64,000 bases of DNA, taken from assembly GCA_018436095.1 (NCBI GenBank), contig JAHDMJ010000009.1:128888-192887 (forward strand), in the 5' to 3' direction. Under the pieces are notes generated by a model. It saw only the letters and a list, made by a program, of their open reading frames with translations, made no database searches and was not told the DNA's origin. This document shows positions 36,328 to 45,796 of the stretch, piece by piece. Made by a program: the position numbers and the translations under genes. Position 1 is the first letter of the stretch. Every line of letters starts with the position of its first letter. Source of the DNA: Clostridia bacterium (GTDB lineage: Bacteria; Bacillota; Peptococcia; DRI-13; UBA5745).

Positions 36328-36783
36328 TTGAATATGAAACGGCGCAATACCCGGGAGTTGGTAATTAAGGCTTTATTTGCTTATGAAATTGAGAAAGGGG
36401 ATCCTTTCCGGCAATTGGATTACATTGCCGTCGACTGGGAGATGGCCGGTTTTGATGAAGGCAAGCTGGAAGCTTTTTTAGCCGGGATAGAAGACGAATA
36501 TGCCCGGCGGCTTACTTCCGGCATCTTGGAACACAAGGCGGAACTGGACAAGATCATCGGCGATTTTGCCGTGGACTGGGAGATCAGCCGTCTGGGCGGA
36601 GCTGAACGCAATATTTTGCGGCTGGGCCTTTATGAGATGCTCTATGACGAAAAGCTGCCCCCGGCTATCGCTATCAATGAGGCCGTAGACCTGATCAAAA
36701 AGTATGGCAGCCAGGAAGCAGCCAAATTCGTTAACGGCATTTTAGGCAGAAAAGCAGAAGAGCTGAAAGCGGCAACCCCTTGA
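36328..36783 (+). CDS. nusB: transcription antitermination factor NusB
   Basis: RRNTRELVIKALFAYEI...ERNILRLGLYEM...AINEAVDLIKKYG. The start is either TTG 36328 or ATG 36334. Confidence 0.9.
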   Translation: MNMKRRNTRELVIKALFAYEIEKGDPFRQLDYIAVDWEMAGFDEGKLEAFLAGIEDEYARRLTSGILEHKAELDKIIGDFAVDWEISRLGGAERNILRLGLYEMLYDEKLPPAIAINEAVDLIKKYGSQEAAKFVNGILGRKAEELKAATP

Positions 36784-37856
36784 TGAAAAAGGTTTTTTTA
36801 GGGCTGGATACTAGTTGCTATACCACATCCTTAGCTCTGACCGATGGAGAAGGCCGGCTTTTGCATCAGCAGCGCCGGCTTTTGCCGGTAAAGGCGGGAG
36901 AGAAGGGCTTGCGGCAGTCCGAAGCCTTTTATCAGCATATGCTTTATATTCCGGAGCTTTTTAAAGAGATGGAAGCTGCCCTGCCTTTTACCTTGACTGA
37001 CCGTTTGGCGGCGGTGGCCGTCAGTGCAAAGCCTTGCCGCCGCCAGGAATCCTATATGCCGGTGTTTCGGGCCGGCCAGGCTGTGGCCCAGGCTTTAGCT
37101 GCAGCCGCAGCGGTACCTCTGATTAGTACGACCCACCAGGAGGGTCATTTGATGGCAGCTCTCTGGTCGGCAGATTTAAGACCTTTCTTTGATTCATCAG
37201 GGACAGGGGCTTTTTGCCTTGCCAAAGGCAAGACTATGGATTGGCAGCAGCTTTGTCCATTTTTAGCCTTTCATTTATCCGGAGGCACCACCGAATTGAT
37301 CTTAGTCCATCAGGTGGTTCAGGATCAATTTTTTTGTTTTGACTATTCTGTGGTTTCCGGCACTTTAGATATACCCGCCGGTCAACTGATTGACCGGACA
37401 GGTCAGATATTGGGCCTGCCTTTTCCCGCCGGCCCCCATCTGGAAAATCTGGCCTTATCCAAAGGCCCCGCCGCCAAGCCCCTGGAGAGTATTCCCACTC
37501 ATTGCCGTCAGGGCTTTATCAGCCTTAGCGGCGGCGAAGCCTGGGCCAAGCGTTCTATAGCCGGGGGCAAGGAAGCGGCGGAGATTGCCAGAACCATTGA
37601 GCATTATATAGCCGGCAGCCTGGTCAAAGCCGTAGACGCTTATCTTGGCCGGAAGCCTGAAGAGCTGCCGAAGTTCATTGTTTTTATGGGCGGAGTGGCC
37701 TCCAACGCCTACATCCGCCAGTTGCTGCAAACCCGTTTGGAGAGAAAAATTCCCTGTGTTTTCGCCCTTCCGGAATACAGCACCGACAACGCTTTAGGGA
37801 CGGCGTTGATCGGCGTTGCATCAGTAAATAAAGGGAGCATGCCATTAAATTGTTGA
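36783..37856 (+). CDS. Kae1/TsaD-like glycoprotease family protein
   Basis: LGLDTSCYTTS N-terminus and HQEGH metal motif. The start overlaps the nusB stop (TGATG). Confidence 0.7.
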   Translation: MKKVFLGLDTSCYTTSLALTDGEGRLLHQQRRLLPVKAGEKGLRQSEAFYQHMLYIPELFKEMEAALPFTLTDRLAAVAVSAKPCRRQESYMPVFRAGQAVAQALAAAAAVPLISTTHQEGHLMAALWSADLRPFFDSSGTGAFCLAKGKTMDWQQLCPFLAFHLSGGTTELILVHQVVQDQFFCFDYSVVSGTLDIPAGQLIDRTGQILGLPFPAGPHLENLALSKGPAAKPLESIPTHCRQGFISLSGGEAWAKRSIAGGKEAAEIARTIEHYIAGSLVKAVDAYLGRKPEELPKFIVFMGGVASNAYIRQLLQTRLERKIPCVFALPEYSTDNALGTALIGVASVNKGSMPLNC

Positions 37857-37868
37857 GGAGGGATGTAA

Positions 37869-38723
37869 TTGTTCAAGATCATTTCAAAAGAAGATCTGGG
37901 CAATAAAGTCTATGGTTTCGTTGTCGAGGCCCCCAGAATTGCCGCCAAGGCCGAGCCGGGACAGTTTTTTATTGTCCGGCAGGGTGAGGGTTACGAACGT
38001 ATACCTTTGACGATTGCTGATTTTGATCGGGAAAAGCAGACCATCACCATGGTGTTTCAGGCAGTAGGCGCCTCTACTTTAGCTTTGGCAAAGCTGGAGC
38101 CCGGCGATGAAGTAACCGATATGGTAGGACCTCTGGGGCAGCCATCGGAAATCGAGAAATTAGGCAAAGTAGTGGTTGTAGGCGGCGGCGTAGGCGTTGC
38201 CCCTATTTATCCCATTGCCCGGGCTTTAAAAGCGGCGGGCAATGAAGTGATTTCCATTATCGGCGCCCGCAGCAAGGACTTGCTTTTCTGGGAAGACAGA
38301 ATGCGGGAAGCCAGCAGCCGCCTTTTGGTGGCCACCGACGACGGCTCTTACGGTCAAAAGGGCTTCGTTACCACTTTGCTGGAGGATTTGCTCAAGACTG
38401 AGGAGATTGCCAGAGTATGGGCTATCGGCCCTATGGTAATGATGCGGGCAGTGACCAATCTGACCCGGCCCTATGGCACAAAGACCATTGTCAGCATGAA
38501 CCCCATCATGGTTGACGGCACCGGCATGTGCGGCGCCTGCCGGGTGGCGGTAGACGGCCAGACTAAATTTGCCTGCGTAGACGGGCCGGAGTTTGACGGC
38601 CATGCCATAGACTTTGACCTGGCCATGAAAAGAGCGGCTATGTTCAAAGATAAAGAGAAAGAAGCTATGGAGGCTTTGGAAGCAAAACTGAACGGAGGTG
38701 GCTGCCAGTGTCAAAACAAGTAA
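37869..38723 (+). CDS. sulfide/dihydroorotate dehydrogenase-like FAD/NAD-binding protein (NfnA-like)
   Basis: Ferredoxin-reductase-type fold with a C-terminal CGACRV..C Fe-S motif. Paired with a GltD-like subunit. TTG start after GGAGGG. Confidence 0.8.
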   Translation: MFKIISKEDLGNKVYGFVVEAPRIAAKAEPGQFFIVRQGEGYERIPLTIADFDREKQTITMVFQAVGASTLALAKLEPGDEVTDMVGPLGQPSEIEKLGKVVVVGGGVGVAPIYPIARALKAAGNEVISIIGARSKDLLFWEDRMREASSRLLVATDDGSYGQKGFVTTLLEDLLKTEEIARVWAIGPMVMMRAVTNLTRPYGTKTIVSMNPIMVDGTGMCGACRVAVDGQTKFACVDGPEFDGHAIDFDLAMKRAAMFKDKEKEAMEALEAKLNGGGCQCQNK

Positions 38724-40096
38724 ACCGGGTAGCTATGCCCGCCCAAGACCCCCAGGTTCGCAACGGCAATTTCAGTGAGGTAGCTCTGGGTTATACGGAG
38801 GATATGGCTTTGGAAGAAGCCAGCCGCTGTCTGCTTTGCGCCAAGCCTCAATGCGTCAAGGGTTGCCCGGTAGAAGTTGATATTCCCGGCTTCATCGGCA
38901 AAATCCAACAGAAGGATATGGCCGGCGCCGCCGCCAATCTCAAAAACAAAAACAGCCTGCCGGCTATCTGCGGCCGGGTCTGCCCCCAGGAATCCCAATG
39001 CGAGGCTAAATGCATCAGAGGCATTAAGGGTGAGCCTGTAGCCGTTGGCCGCCTGGAGCGCTATGTGGCTGATTGGGAAATGGCTCAAGGGGTAAAGAGA
39101 CCGGAGAAGGCAACCCCCAAGGGCAAAAAGGTAGCCGTCATCGGCGCCGGTCCCGCAGGGCTCACCGTAGCCGGCGACCTGGCCAAAATGGGCTATGAAG
39201 TAAAGGTTTTTGAAAGCCTTCATGTGGCCGGCGGCGTGCTGATGTACGGCATTCCCGAGTTCCGTCTGCCCAAAGCCATTGTTCAGAAGGAAATCGATTA
39301 TATTAAGGCCTTGGGCGTGGAAATCGAAACCAATGTGGTAGGCGGTAAAACCCTTTTGGTGGATGATATGTTTGACATGGGCTACGACGCGGTGTTTATC
39401 GGTACCGGCGCCGGACTGCCTTACTTCATGGATATTCCGGGTGAGAATCTCACCGGCGTATATTCCGCCAACGAATTCCTGACCCGCAGCAACCTGATGA
39501 AGGCCTACAGTTTCCCCGAAACCATGACCCCCACCAAGATCGGCAAAAAAGTAGCCGTCATCGGCGGCGGCAACGTGGCTATGGATGCGGCCAGGACTGC
39601 TTTACGTCTGGGAGCGGAAGAAAGCTGGATCGTCTACCGGCGTACAGCGGCAGAAATGCCTGCCCGCCATGAGGAAGTGGAGCATGCGGAGGAAGAAGGG
39701 GTCAAGTTCATGATGCTGACAAGCCCCATTGAGCTGCTCGGTGATGAAAACATGAACCTTACCGCCATGCGCTGCCAGAAGTATGAGCTGGGTGAAGCCG
39801 ACGATTCCGGCCGCCGCAAACCGGTAGCCATCCCCGGCGCTATCGAAGAAATCCCCATCGACACCGTGGTCATGGCCATCGGCCAGGGCCCCAACCCCTT
39901 GATTACCAGCACAACGCCCGGTCTTTTATTAACGAAAAAAGGCAACATTCAAGCCAATGAAGAAACCGGCGAAACCTCAAGGGAAGGCGTCTATGCCGGC
40001 GGCGATATCGTTACCGGGGCTGCCACCGTCATTCTGGCCATGGGCGCCGGCAAATTGGCCGCCCGGGCTATTGATGAATATTTATCCAAAAAATAA
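38708..40096 (+). CDS. gltA: NADPH-dependent glutamate synthase small-chain-like oxidoreductase (NfnB-like)
   Basis: Two Cys clusters (CLLCAKPQCVKGCP, ICGRVCPQESQCEAKC) and two dinucleotide folds (VIGAGPAGL, VIGGGNVAMD). GTG start after GGAGGTGG. Confidence 0.85.
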   Translation: MSKQVNRVAMPAQDPQVRNGNFSEVALGYTEDMALEEASRCLLCAKPQCVKGCPVEVDIPGFIGKIQQKDMAGAAANLKNKNSLPAICGRVCPQESQCEAKCIRGIKGEPVAVGRLERYVADWEMAQGVKRPEKATPKGKKVAVIGAGPAGLTVAGDLAKMGYEVKVFESLHVAGGVLMYGIPEFRLPKAIVQKEIDYIKALGVEIETNVVGGKTLLVDDMFDMGYDAVFIGTGAGLPYFMDIPGENLTGVYSANEFLTRSNLMKAYSFPETMTPTKIGKKVAVIGGGNVAMDAARTALRLGAEESWIVYRRTAAEMPARHEEVEHAEEEGVKFMMLTSPIELLGDENMNLTAMRCQKYELGEADDSGRRKPVAIPGAIEEIPIDTVVMAIGQGPNPLITSTTPGLLLTKKGNIQANEETGETSREGVYAGGDIVTGAATVILAMGAGKLAARAIDEYLSKK

Positions 40097-40130
40097 TAAA
40101 AACATGAGACATTGCCGCCAAAGTTTTGGT

Positions 40131-40164
40131 ATAATAACCGTAGCTGTTCAGCTACGGTTATTAT
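40131..40164 (+). terminator. perfect 14-bp hairpin after the oxidoreductase pair
   Basis: ATAATAACCGTAGC, loop TGTTCA, then GCTACGGTTATTAT. The T-rich 3' end is partly inside the stem. Confidence 0.55.
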
Positions 40165-40215
40165 TTGCGGCGGGCTGTATCCGGCGATAAACGATATCAC
40201 TGAGGGTTTGCAATC

Positions 40216-41421
40216 ATGATAAGAGAAAATTTTCTGACGGTAACTCAGCTTTCCGGGCTGATTCAAAACACGCTAAACAGGGAGCCCCTGCTAAAAGGCC
40301 TTTGGGTACGGGGGGAAATAACCAATTTCAAACGCCATAGTTCGGGCCATCTCTACTTTTCTTTAAAAGATAAAGATACGGTGATCCGGGCCGTAATGTT
40401 CCGGGGTCATGCCGATAAATTAAAATTCCGTCCGGCAGACGGGCAGGATTGCTTTTTTCGAGGTTATGTGGCTTTATATCCCAGAGAGACCCAGCTGCAG
40501 TTTTATGTGGAGGAAATCGAGGCCGCCGGCCTGGGTTCTGAAGCTTTAGCTTTAGAAGAGCTAAAAAAGAAACTGGCTGCCCGGGGCTATTTTGACTCTG
40601 CCGCCAAAAAACGGCTGCCTCCTTTACCAAAGGCCGTAGGCGTCATTTCCTCGCCTACCGGCGCCGTTATCCAGGACATCAGAAAGGTGCTGTGGCGCCG
40701 TTATCCCGGTATGCCCATTCTGCTTTATCCCGCTGCGGTTCAGGGCAAGGAGGCGGTGGATTCGGTGGTCCGGGGCCTGCGGGCTATGGAGAGAGCCGCC
40801 GTGGATGTGGTGATCCTGGCCAGAGGCGGCGGTTCCGCCGAGGATTTATCTGCTTTCAACCGGGAAGAGATAGTAGAGGCTATCCACCGTTTTTCCAAAC
40901 CGCTGATTTCAGCCGTAGGGCACGAAACCGACGTGACTCTCGCTGATTTGACGGCGGATGTAAGGGCGGCCACACCTTCCATGGCGGCGGAATTAGCCGT
41001 ACCCATTAAAGAAGAGCTGCGGCTCCTGCTGATCCAGCAACGGGAGCGCCTTACCGGCGGCCTCATACGCTTTGTCGGTTTACGGCAGGAAAAGCTGGCC
41101 CGGCTGAAGAATAGCTATGTTTTTACCCAGCCTTACCGCCTTTTGGATCCCCACCGGGAAAGACTGGCCCGTGGCCAGGAAAAAATGCGGGAGCGCATGG
41201 AGAGAATTCTCCTGGAAAGACAAAACCGTTTTAAGCATGAAATTGTGCGGTTGGAGGCTTTATCGCCTTTAGCTACCTTAGGTAGAGGCTACGCCATTTG
41301 CCGGGATGAAGAAGGTCATGTTATTTGTGATGCCGCCCAAGTCAGCGAAAAGCAAAAGGTTCAGGTTACCCTGGCCCGGGGCGGGCTGGCTTGCCGGGTA
41401 GAAGAAATCCTGTATGAATAG
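40216..41421 (+). CDS. xseA: exodeoxyribonuclease VII large subunit
   Basis: N-terminal OB-fold (VRGEITNFKRHSSGHLYFSLKD), VGVISSPTGA and ARGGGS motifs. Confidence 0.95.
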   Translation: MIRENFLTVTQLSGLIQNTLNREPLLKGLWVRGEITNFKRHSSGHLYFSLKDKDTVIRAVMFRGHADKLKFRPADGQDCFFRGYVALYPRETQLQFYVEEIEAAGLGSEALALEELKKKLAARGYFDSAAKKRLPPLPKAVGVISSPTGAVIQDIRKVLWRRYPGMPILLYPAAVQGKEAVDSVVRGLRAMERAAVDVVILARGGGSAEDLSAFNREEIVEAIHRFSKPLISAVGHETDVTLADLTADVRAATPSMAAELAVPIKEELRLLLIQQRERLTGGLIRFVGLRQEKLARLKNSYVFTQPYRLLDPHRERLARGQEKMRERMERILLERQNRFKHEIVRLEALSPLATLGRGYAICRDEEGHVICDAAQVSEKQKVQVTLARGGLACRVEEILYE

Positions 41422-41668
41422 GGAGGATATGGAATACAATATGCATAATCAAGAAGAAACCTTATTTAGTAATGGCAAATCTTTTGAAGAAAATATTAAC
41501 AGATTGGAAATCCTGGTCCGGCAACTGGAGCGGGGAGAATTAAGCCTGGAAGAAGCTTTAGTCTGCTACCAGGAGGGCGTAGCTTTGGTTCGTTTTTGTC
41601 AGCAGAGCCTTGAGCGCACCGCCAAAGAAGTAGAGATTTTAACGGAAGCTATGGCAAAAGAAGCATAA
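41414..41668 (+). CDS. xseB: exodeoxyribonuclease VII small subunit
   Basis: FEENINRLEILVRQLERGELSLEEAL motif. Overlaps the xseA stop. The start codon is uncertain (41414, 41429 or 41441). Confidence 0.9.
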   Translation: MNREDMEYNMHNQEETLFSNGKSFEENINRLEILVRQLERGELSLEEALVCYQEGVALVRFCQQSLERTAKEVEILTEAMAKEA

Positions 41669-41684
41669 GGAGCGGACTGCGTTA

Positions 41685-43562
41685 ATGGGTGAAACCTATC
41701 TGGAGCGTATCAACGGCCTTCAGGATATAAAAAAATTAAGCATACCTGAGCTGAAGGTATTGAGTCAGGAACTGCGGGAGTATATTTTAGCGGTGGTAAG
41801 CCAAAACGGCGGCCACCTGTCTTCTAATCTGGGCGTTATAGAGCTTACGGTAGCCTTGGAATACGTTTTCCAGACGGATGTGGACCGTTTGGTCTGGGAC
41901 GTAGGTCACCAATCTTATGCCCATAAAATCCTTACCGGCCGCCGGGAGGCTTTTAAAACCCTGCGGCAGATGGGCGGTCTTTCCGGCTTTCCCAAACGGG
42001 AGGAAAGTCCTTGCGATACCTATGATACCGGCCATAGCAGCACTTCCATCGCCGCTGCTCTAGGCTTTGCTAAAGCCAGAGATTTAAAAAAAGAGGATCA
42101 TAAGGTCATCGCCGTTATCGGCGACGGTTCCATGACGGGAGGGCCGGCCTTTGAAGCCCTGAATCTGGCGGGAGCACTGAATACCGACGTGCTGGTCATT
42201 TTAAATGACAACCGCATGTCCATCGCCCCCAATATCGGCGGTATTTCCAATTATTTAAACCGCCTCCGTTCTTCGGCAGCCTATGCGGCCAGCAAGCAAG
42301 CAGTGCGCCGGGCTTTGTCCCAGGTACCGGTTTTAGGCAAGGGCATGATCAAAATCATCGAAACACTGAAAGAAAGCTTGCGCTATATTATGGTTAACGG
42401 CGTTGTTTTCAGCGAACTCGGCTTTCAATATTACGGTCCGGTGGACGGCCACGATTTACACAGCCTTATTGAGATGCTGGAGCATGTTAAAGAAATCAAG
42501 GGGCCCGTAATGCTCCACGTGGTGACGGAAAAAGGCAGAGGCTATAAACCGGCAGTAGAAAACGCCGCCGCCTTTCATGGCATTGCCCCTTTTGATTTGG
42601 AGACCGGCAAAACAAACGGCAGCGATCCCAGCCAGGCTCCTACTTATACTTCCGTATTTTCCAAAACGCTCTTGGAGTTGGCTGGTCTTCATCCCGAAAT
42701 CATCGGGATTACGGCAGCCATGTCCGACGGCACCGGCTTAGAAGAATTCCGCAGGCAGTATCCTGACCGCTTTTTCGATGTGGGTATAGCGGAGCAAACG
42801 GCGGTAAGCTTTGGCACCGCTTTGGCCCTTTCCGGCTACCGGCCGGTGGTGGCGGTCTATTCCAGCTTCTTGCAGCGGGGCTACGATCAATTGCTCCAGG
42901 ATGCGGCTTTGCAGAAGGCTCCTTTAATCCTGGCTTTGGACCGCAGCGGCCTCGTAGGCGAGGATGGCCCCACCCATCATGGCGTCTTCGATTTGTCTTA
43001 TTTGAGCCATATTCCCCATATGACCGTTATGGTACCCAGGGATGAAGCTATGCTTAGCCAGATGCTGGAGCTAGCTTTCCAATACAAAGCAGGCCCCGTA
43101 GCCCTTCGCTATCCCCGGGGCAAAGGCAAAGGCAGAGAAATCGTCAGCGGCCACCAGCTTGCCTGGGGCTCGGCCCAGCTTTTGCGGCCGGGCTATCAGG
43201 CTCTGATCGTAGCTGCAGGTCCTTTGGTATATGAAGGGTTGGCGGCAGCCCGGCGGCTGGAAGCAGAAGGTTATTCCGTAGGCGTTTTAGATCCTTGCTT
43301 TCTGAAGCCCCTTGACAAGGAAACCATCTGGTCGGCAGCCAAGTGGTGTAATTTGGTGGTAACGGCAGAGGAAAATGTGGCGGTTGGCGGCCTGGGCTGG
43401 GCTGTCACCCGGCTTTTGTCGGAATCCGGCTACCACGGCAGAGTAAACTGCCTTTGTATACCCGATGAATTTATTACCCAAGGCAGCCAGGCGGAGCTGA
43501 GGGAGCTTCTCCATTTAAACGCCGAAGGATTGGCCGCAGCAGTAAGGGAAGGACTAAACTGA
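41685..43562 (+). CDS. dxs: 1-deoxy-D-xylulose-5-phosphate synthase
   Basis: GHSSTSIAAALG and GDGSMTGG (TPP motif), 625 aa. Confidence 0.97.
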   Translation: MGETYLERINGLQDIKKLSIPELKVLSQELREYILAVVSQNGGHLSSNLGVIELTVALEYVFQTDVDRLVWDVGHQSYAHKILTGRREAFKTLRQMGGLSGFPKREESPCDTYDTGHSSTSIAAALGFAKARDLKKEDHKVIAVIGDGSMTGGPAFEALNLAGALNTDVLVILNDNRMSIAPNIGGISNYLNRLRSSAAYAASKQAVRRALSQVPVLGKGMIKIIETLKESLRYIMVNGVVFSELGFQYYGPVDGHDLHSLIEMLEHVKEIKGPVMLHVVTEKGRGYKPAVENAAAFHGIAPFDLETGKTNGSDPSQAPTYTSVFSKTLLELAGLHPEIIGITAAMSDGTGLEEFRRQYPDRFFDVGIAEQTAVSFGTALALSGYRPVVAVYSSFLQRGYDQLLQDAALQKAPLILALDRSGLVGEDGPTHHGVFDLSYLSHIPHMTVMVPRDEAMLSQMLELAFQYKAGPVALRYPRGKGKGREIVSGHQLAWGSAQLLRPGYQALIVAAGPLVYEGLAAARRLEAEGYSVGVLDPCFLKPLDKETIWSAAKWCNLVVTAEENVAVGGLGWAVTRLLSESGYHGRVNCLCIPDEFITQGSQAELRELLHLNAEGLAAAVREGLN

Positions 43563-43566
43563 CAGC

Positions 43567-44433
43567 ATGGAAAGCAAAACAAAAGAACGGGCGGACTTGT
43601 TGCTGGTGGAGCAGGGACTGGCCCCCAGCCGGGAAAAGGCCAGAGCCATGATCATGGCCGGCCAGGTTTATGACGGCACAAAACGCATCGATAAAGCCGG
43701 AGAAAAGGTGGATACAAGCTGTTTTCTGCAGATTAAAGGCCAATCTCTGCCTTATGTCAGCAGAGGGGGCTACAAGCTGGCCAAAGCTCTTGAGGTTTTC
43801 CCCATTGATTTAACAGGAAAAACCATGCTGGATATCGGCGCTTCCACCGGCGGTTTTACGGACTGCGCTTTGCAAAATGGAGCAGCTAAGGTTTATGCCG
43901 TGGACGTGGGCTATGGCCAGCTTGACTGGAAGCTGCGGCAAGACCCCAGGGTCATCGTCAGGGAAAAAACCAACGCCCGCTATTTGACCTCAGAAGAACT
44001 GGGCGAAAAAATCGATTTTGTAACCATCGACGTTTCTTTTATCTCCTTGGATAAGATCTTGCCGGTTTTGCAGCCGCTGCTGACGGCGGCGGGAGAAGGC
44101 ATTGCCCTGATTAAACCTCAGTTTGAGGCAGGGCGGGAGCAGGTAGGAAAGAAAGGCGTTGTCCGCAATCCCGCAGCCCATGAAACCGTTCTGGACAAGG
44201 TACTGGGGCAATTGCCCCAGCAAGGTCTCCGGGCTTATGGCTTAACCTATTCTCCCATAAAAGGGCCGGAAGGCAATATTGAATATTTATTATGGTTTGG
44301 CCGCGAGGAATCGGATGAAAGCCGGCAGCAGGAAACCGCCGGCGCTGCCCTTTTTCAAACAGCGGCTTTGGTAAAGGAAGCTTTTACCGTTTTAGTTGGT
44401 GAAAGCAAGGGAAAGGAAAATCATTATGCGTAG
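43567..44433 (+). CDS. tlyA: TlyA family rRNA 2'-O-methyltransferase
   Basis: S4 domain N-terminus, DIGASTGGFTDC SAM motif, IDVSFISL. Confidence 0.9.
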   Translation: MESKTKERADLLLVEQGLAPSREKARAMIMAGQVYDGTKRIDKAGEKVDTSCFLQIKGQSLPYVSRGGYKLAKALEVFPIDLTGKTMLDIGASTGGFTDCALQNGAAKVYAVDVGYGQLDWKLRQDPRVIVREKTNARYLTSEELGEKIDFVTIDVSFISLDKILPVLQPLLTAAGEGIALIKPQFEAGREQVGKKGVVRNPAAHETVLDKVLGQLPQQGLRAYGLTYSPIKGPEGNIEYLLWFGREESDESRQQETAGAALFQTAALVKEAFTVLVGESKGKENHYA

Positions 44434-45292
44434 GATCGGTTTGGTGACCAACCATCGTTTAAAAAAGTCCCTGGATCTCACAGCTCAGTTGGCGGCCTGG
44501 CTGCAAAAACTTAATTATGAAGTCTATTCCGTAGCCAATCAAAGCTGTGATTCTTTGGAACTGGCCTTGCCGGAGGTTGATTTGGACAAGCTCAAACCAG
44601 ATATGGTTATTGCTATGGGCGGAGACGGTACCCTGCTTAGTGCCGCCAGGGTTACGGCTCCTTATGGCATTCCTATTCTGGGCGTTAATATGGGCAATTT
44701 AGGTTTTTTAACCGAGGTGGAAACCGGCGATCTTTATAATGATTTGGAGCAGGTACTAAAAGGCCGGTTCAGCACAGACGAAAGAATGATGCTGCAGGCC
44801 GAGGTTTTACGGGAAGGCAAAGTGATTCGGGAGGTCAGCGGTTTAAATGACGTAGTGGTGCACAAAGGCTCTTTATCCCGCCTCCTGGAAATCAATTTTT
44901 GGGTGGAGAAAGACTTTGCCGGCAGCTATAAAGGCGACGGTATCATCTTGGCTTCTCCCACAGGCTCCACGGCTTACTCCCTTTCCGCCGGCGGTCCTGT
45001 GGTTCACCCTTCTTTGGAGGTAATGGTGCAGACCTGGATCTGTCCCCATACCATCACTGCCCGGCCTACCATTATTCCGCCGGATAGGCATTGTACCATC
45101 GAAGTGCAAGACGCCAGCAGCGAAGTGATGCTCACTGTAGACGGCCAAACCAGCCAGCCTTTGTTTAAAAAAGATCAGGTGCTGGTAACGGCTGCTCCTT
45201 ATAAGGCTATATTTATCCGCTTAACTCCGTTAAACTTTTTTTCACTTCTCAAAACGAAGCTGGGCAGCGAAACGGTATTTCGCTACGAATAA
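44426..45292 (+). CDS. nadK: NAD kinase
   Basis: GGDGTLL motif, NMGNLGFL, GDGIILASPTGSTAYSLSAGGP. ATG 44426 overlaps the tlyA stop. Confidence 0.95.
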   Translation: MRRIGLVTNHRLKKSLDLTAQLAAWLQKLNYEVYSVANQSCDSLELALPEVDLDKLKPDMVIAMGGDGTLLSAARVTAPYGIPILGVNMGNLGFLTEVETGDLYNDLEQVLKGRFSTDERMMLQAEVLREGKVIREVSGLNDVVVHKGSLSRLLEINFWVEKDFAGSYKGDGIILASPTGSTAYSLSAGGPVVHPSLEVMVQTWICPHTITARPTIIPPDRHCTIEVQDASSEVMLTVDGQTSQPLFKKDQVLVTAAPYKAIFIRLTPLNFFSLLKTKLGSETVFRYE

Positions 45293-45318
45293 TAAGGAAA
45301 TAATCGGGAGGTATCGGA

Positions 45319-45771
45319 ATGAAAGGTAAACGCCAAAAAAGGATCGTGGAGATCATCAGCAAGGAGCCAATCCGGACCCAGGATGAATTGGCGGCCGTCC
45401 TGCAAAACGAAGGGTACAACGTAACCCAGGCTACCGTATCCCGGGATATCAAAGAACTGCGTCTAGTCAAAGTGGCCAGGGGAGACGGTTATGCTTACAG
45501 CATGCCGAAGGGGCAATTGCCTATGCAGGATGGCAACCGGCTGCGCCGGATTTTTCGGGACGCCGTCTTAAACATTGCCTGCAGCGAAAACATTCTGGTT
45601 ATTCATACCCTGCCGGGCAATGCCAACAGCGTTTGTTCCTTGTTGGATGCGGCGGAATGGGAGGAGTTTCTGGGAGCCGTGGCCGGTGACGATACGATTT
45701 TAGCCGTTGCCAAAACAAAGGATCATGTGGAAAGCCTCATGCAAAAAATGCAGAATCTGATGGAACACTGA
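45319..45771 (+). CDS. argR: arginine repressor
   Basis: KGKRQKRIVEIISKEPIRTQDEL...VTQATVSRDIKEL and C-terminal GAVAGDDTIL. Confidence 0.95.
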   Translation: MKGKRQKRIVEIISKEPIRTQDELAAVLQNEGYNVTQATVSRDIKELRLVKVARGDGYAYSMPKGQLPMQDGNRLRRIFRDAVLNIACSENILVIHTLPGNANSVCSLLDAAEWEEFLGAVAGDDTILAVAKTKDHVESLMQKMQNLMEH

Positions 45772-45796
45772 CCCCTGGGAAAGTCGGAGGAGTGGA

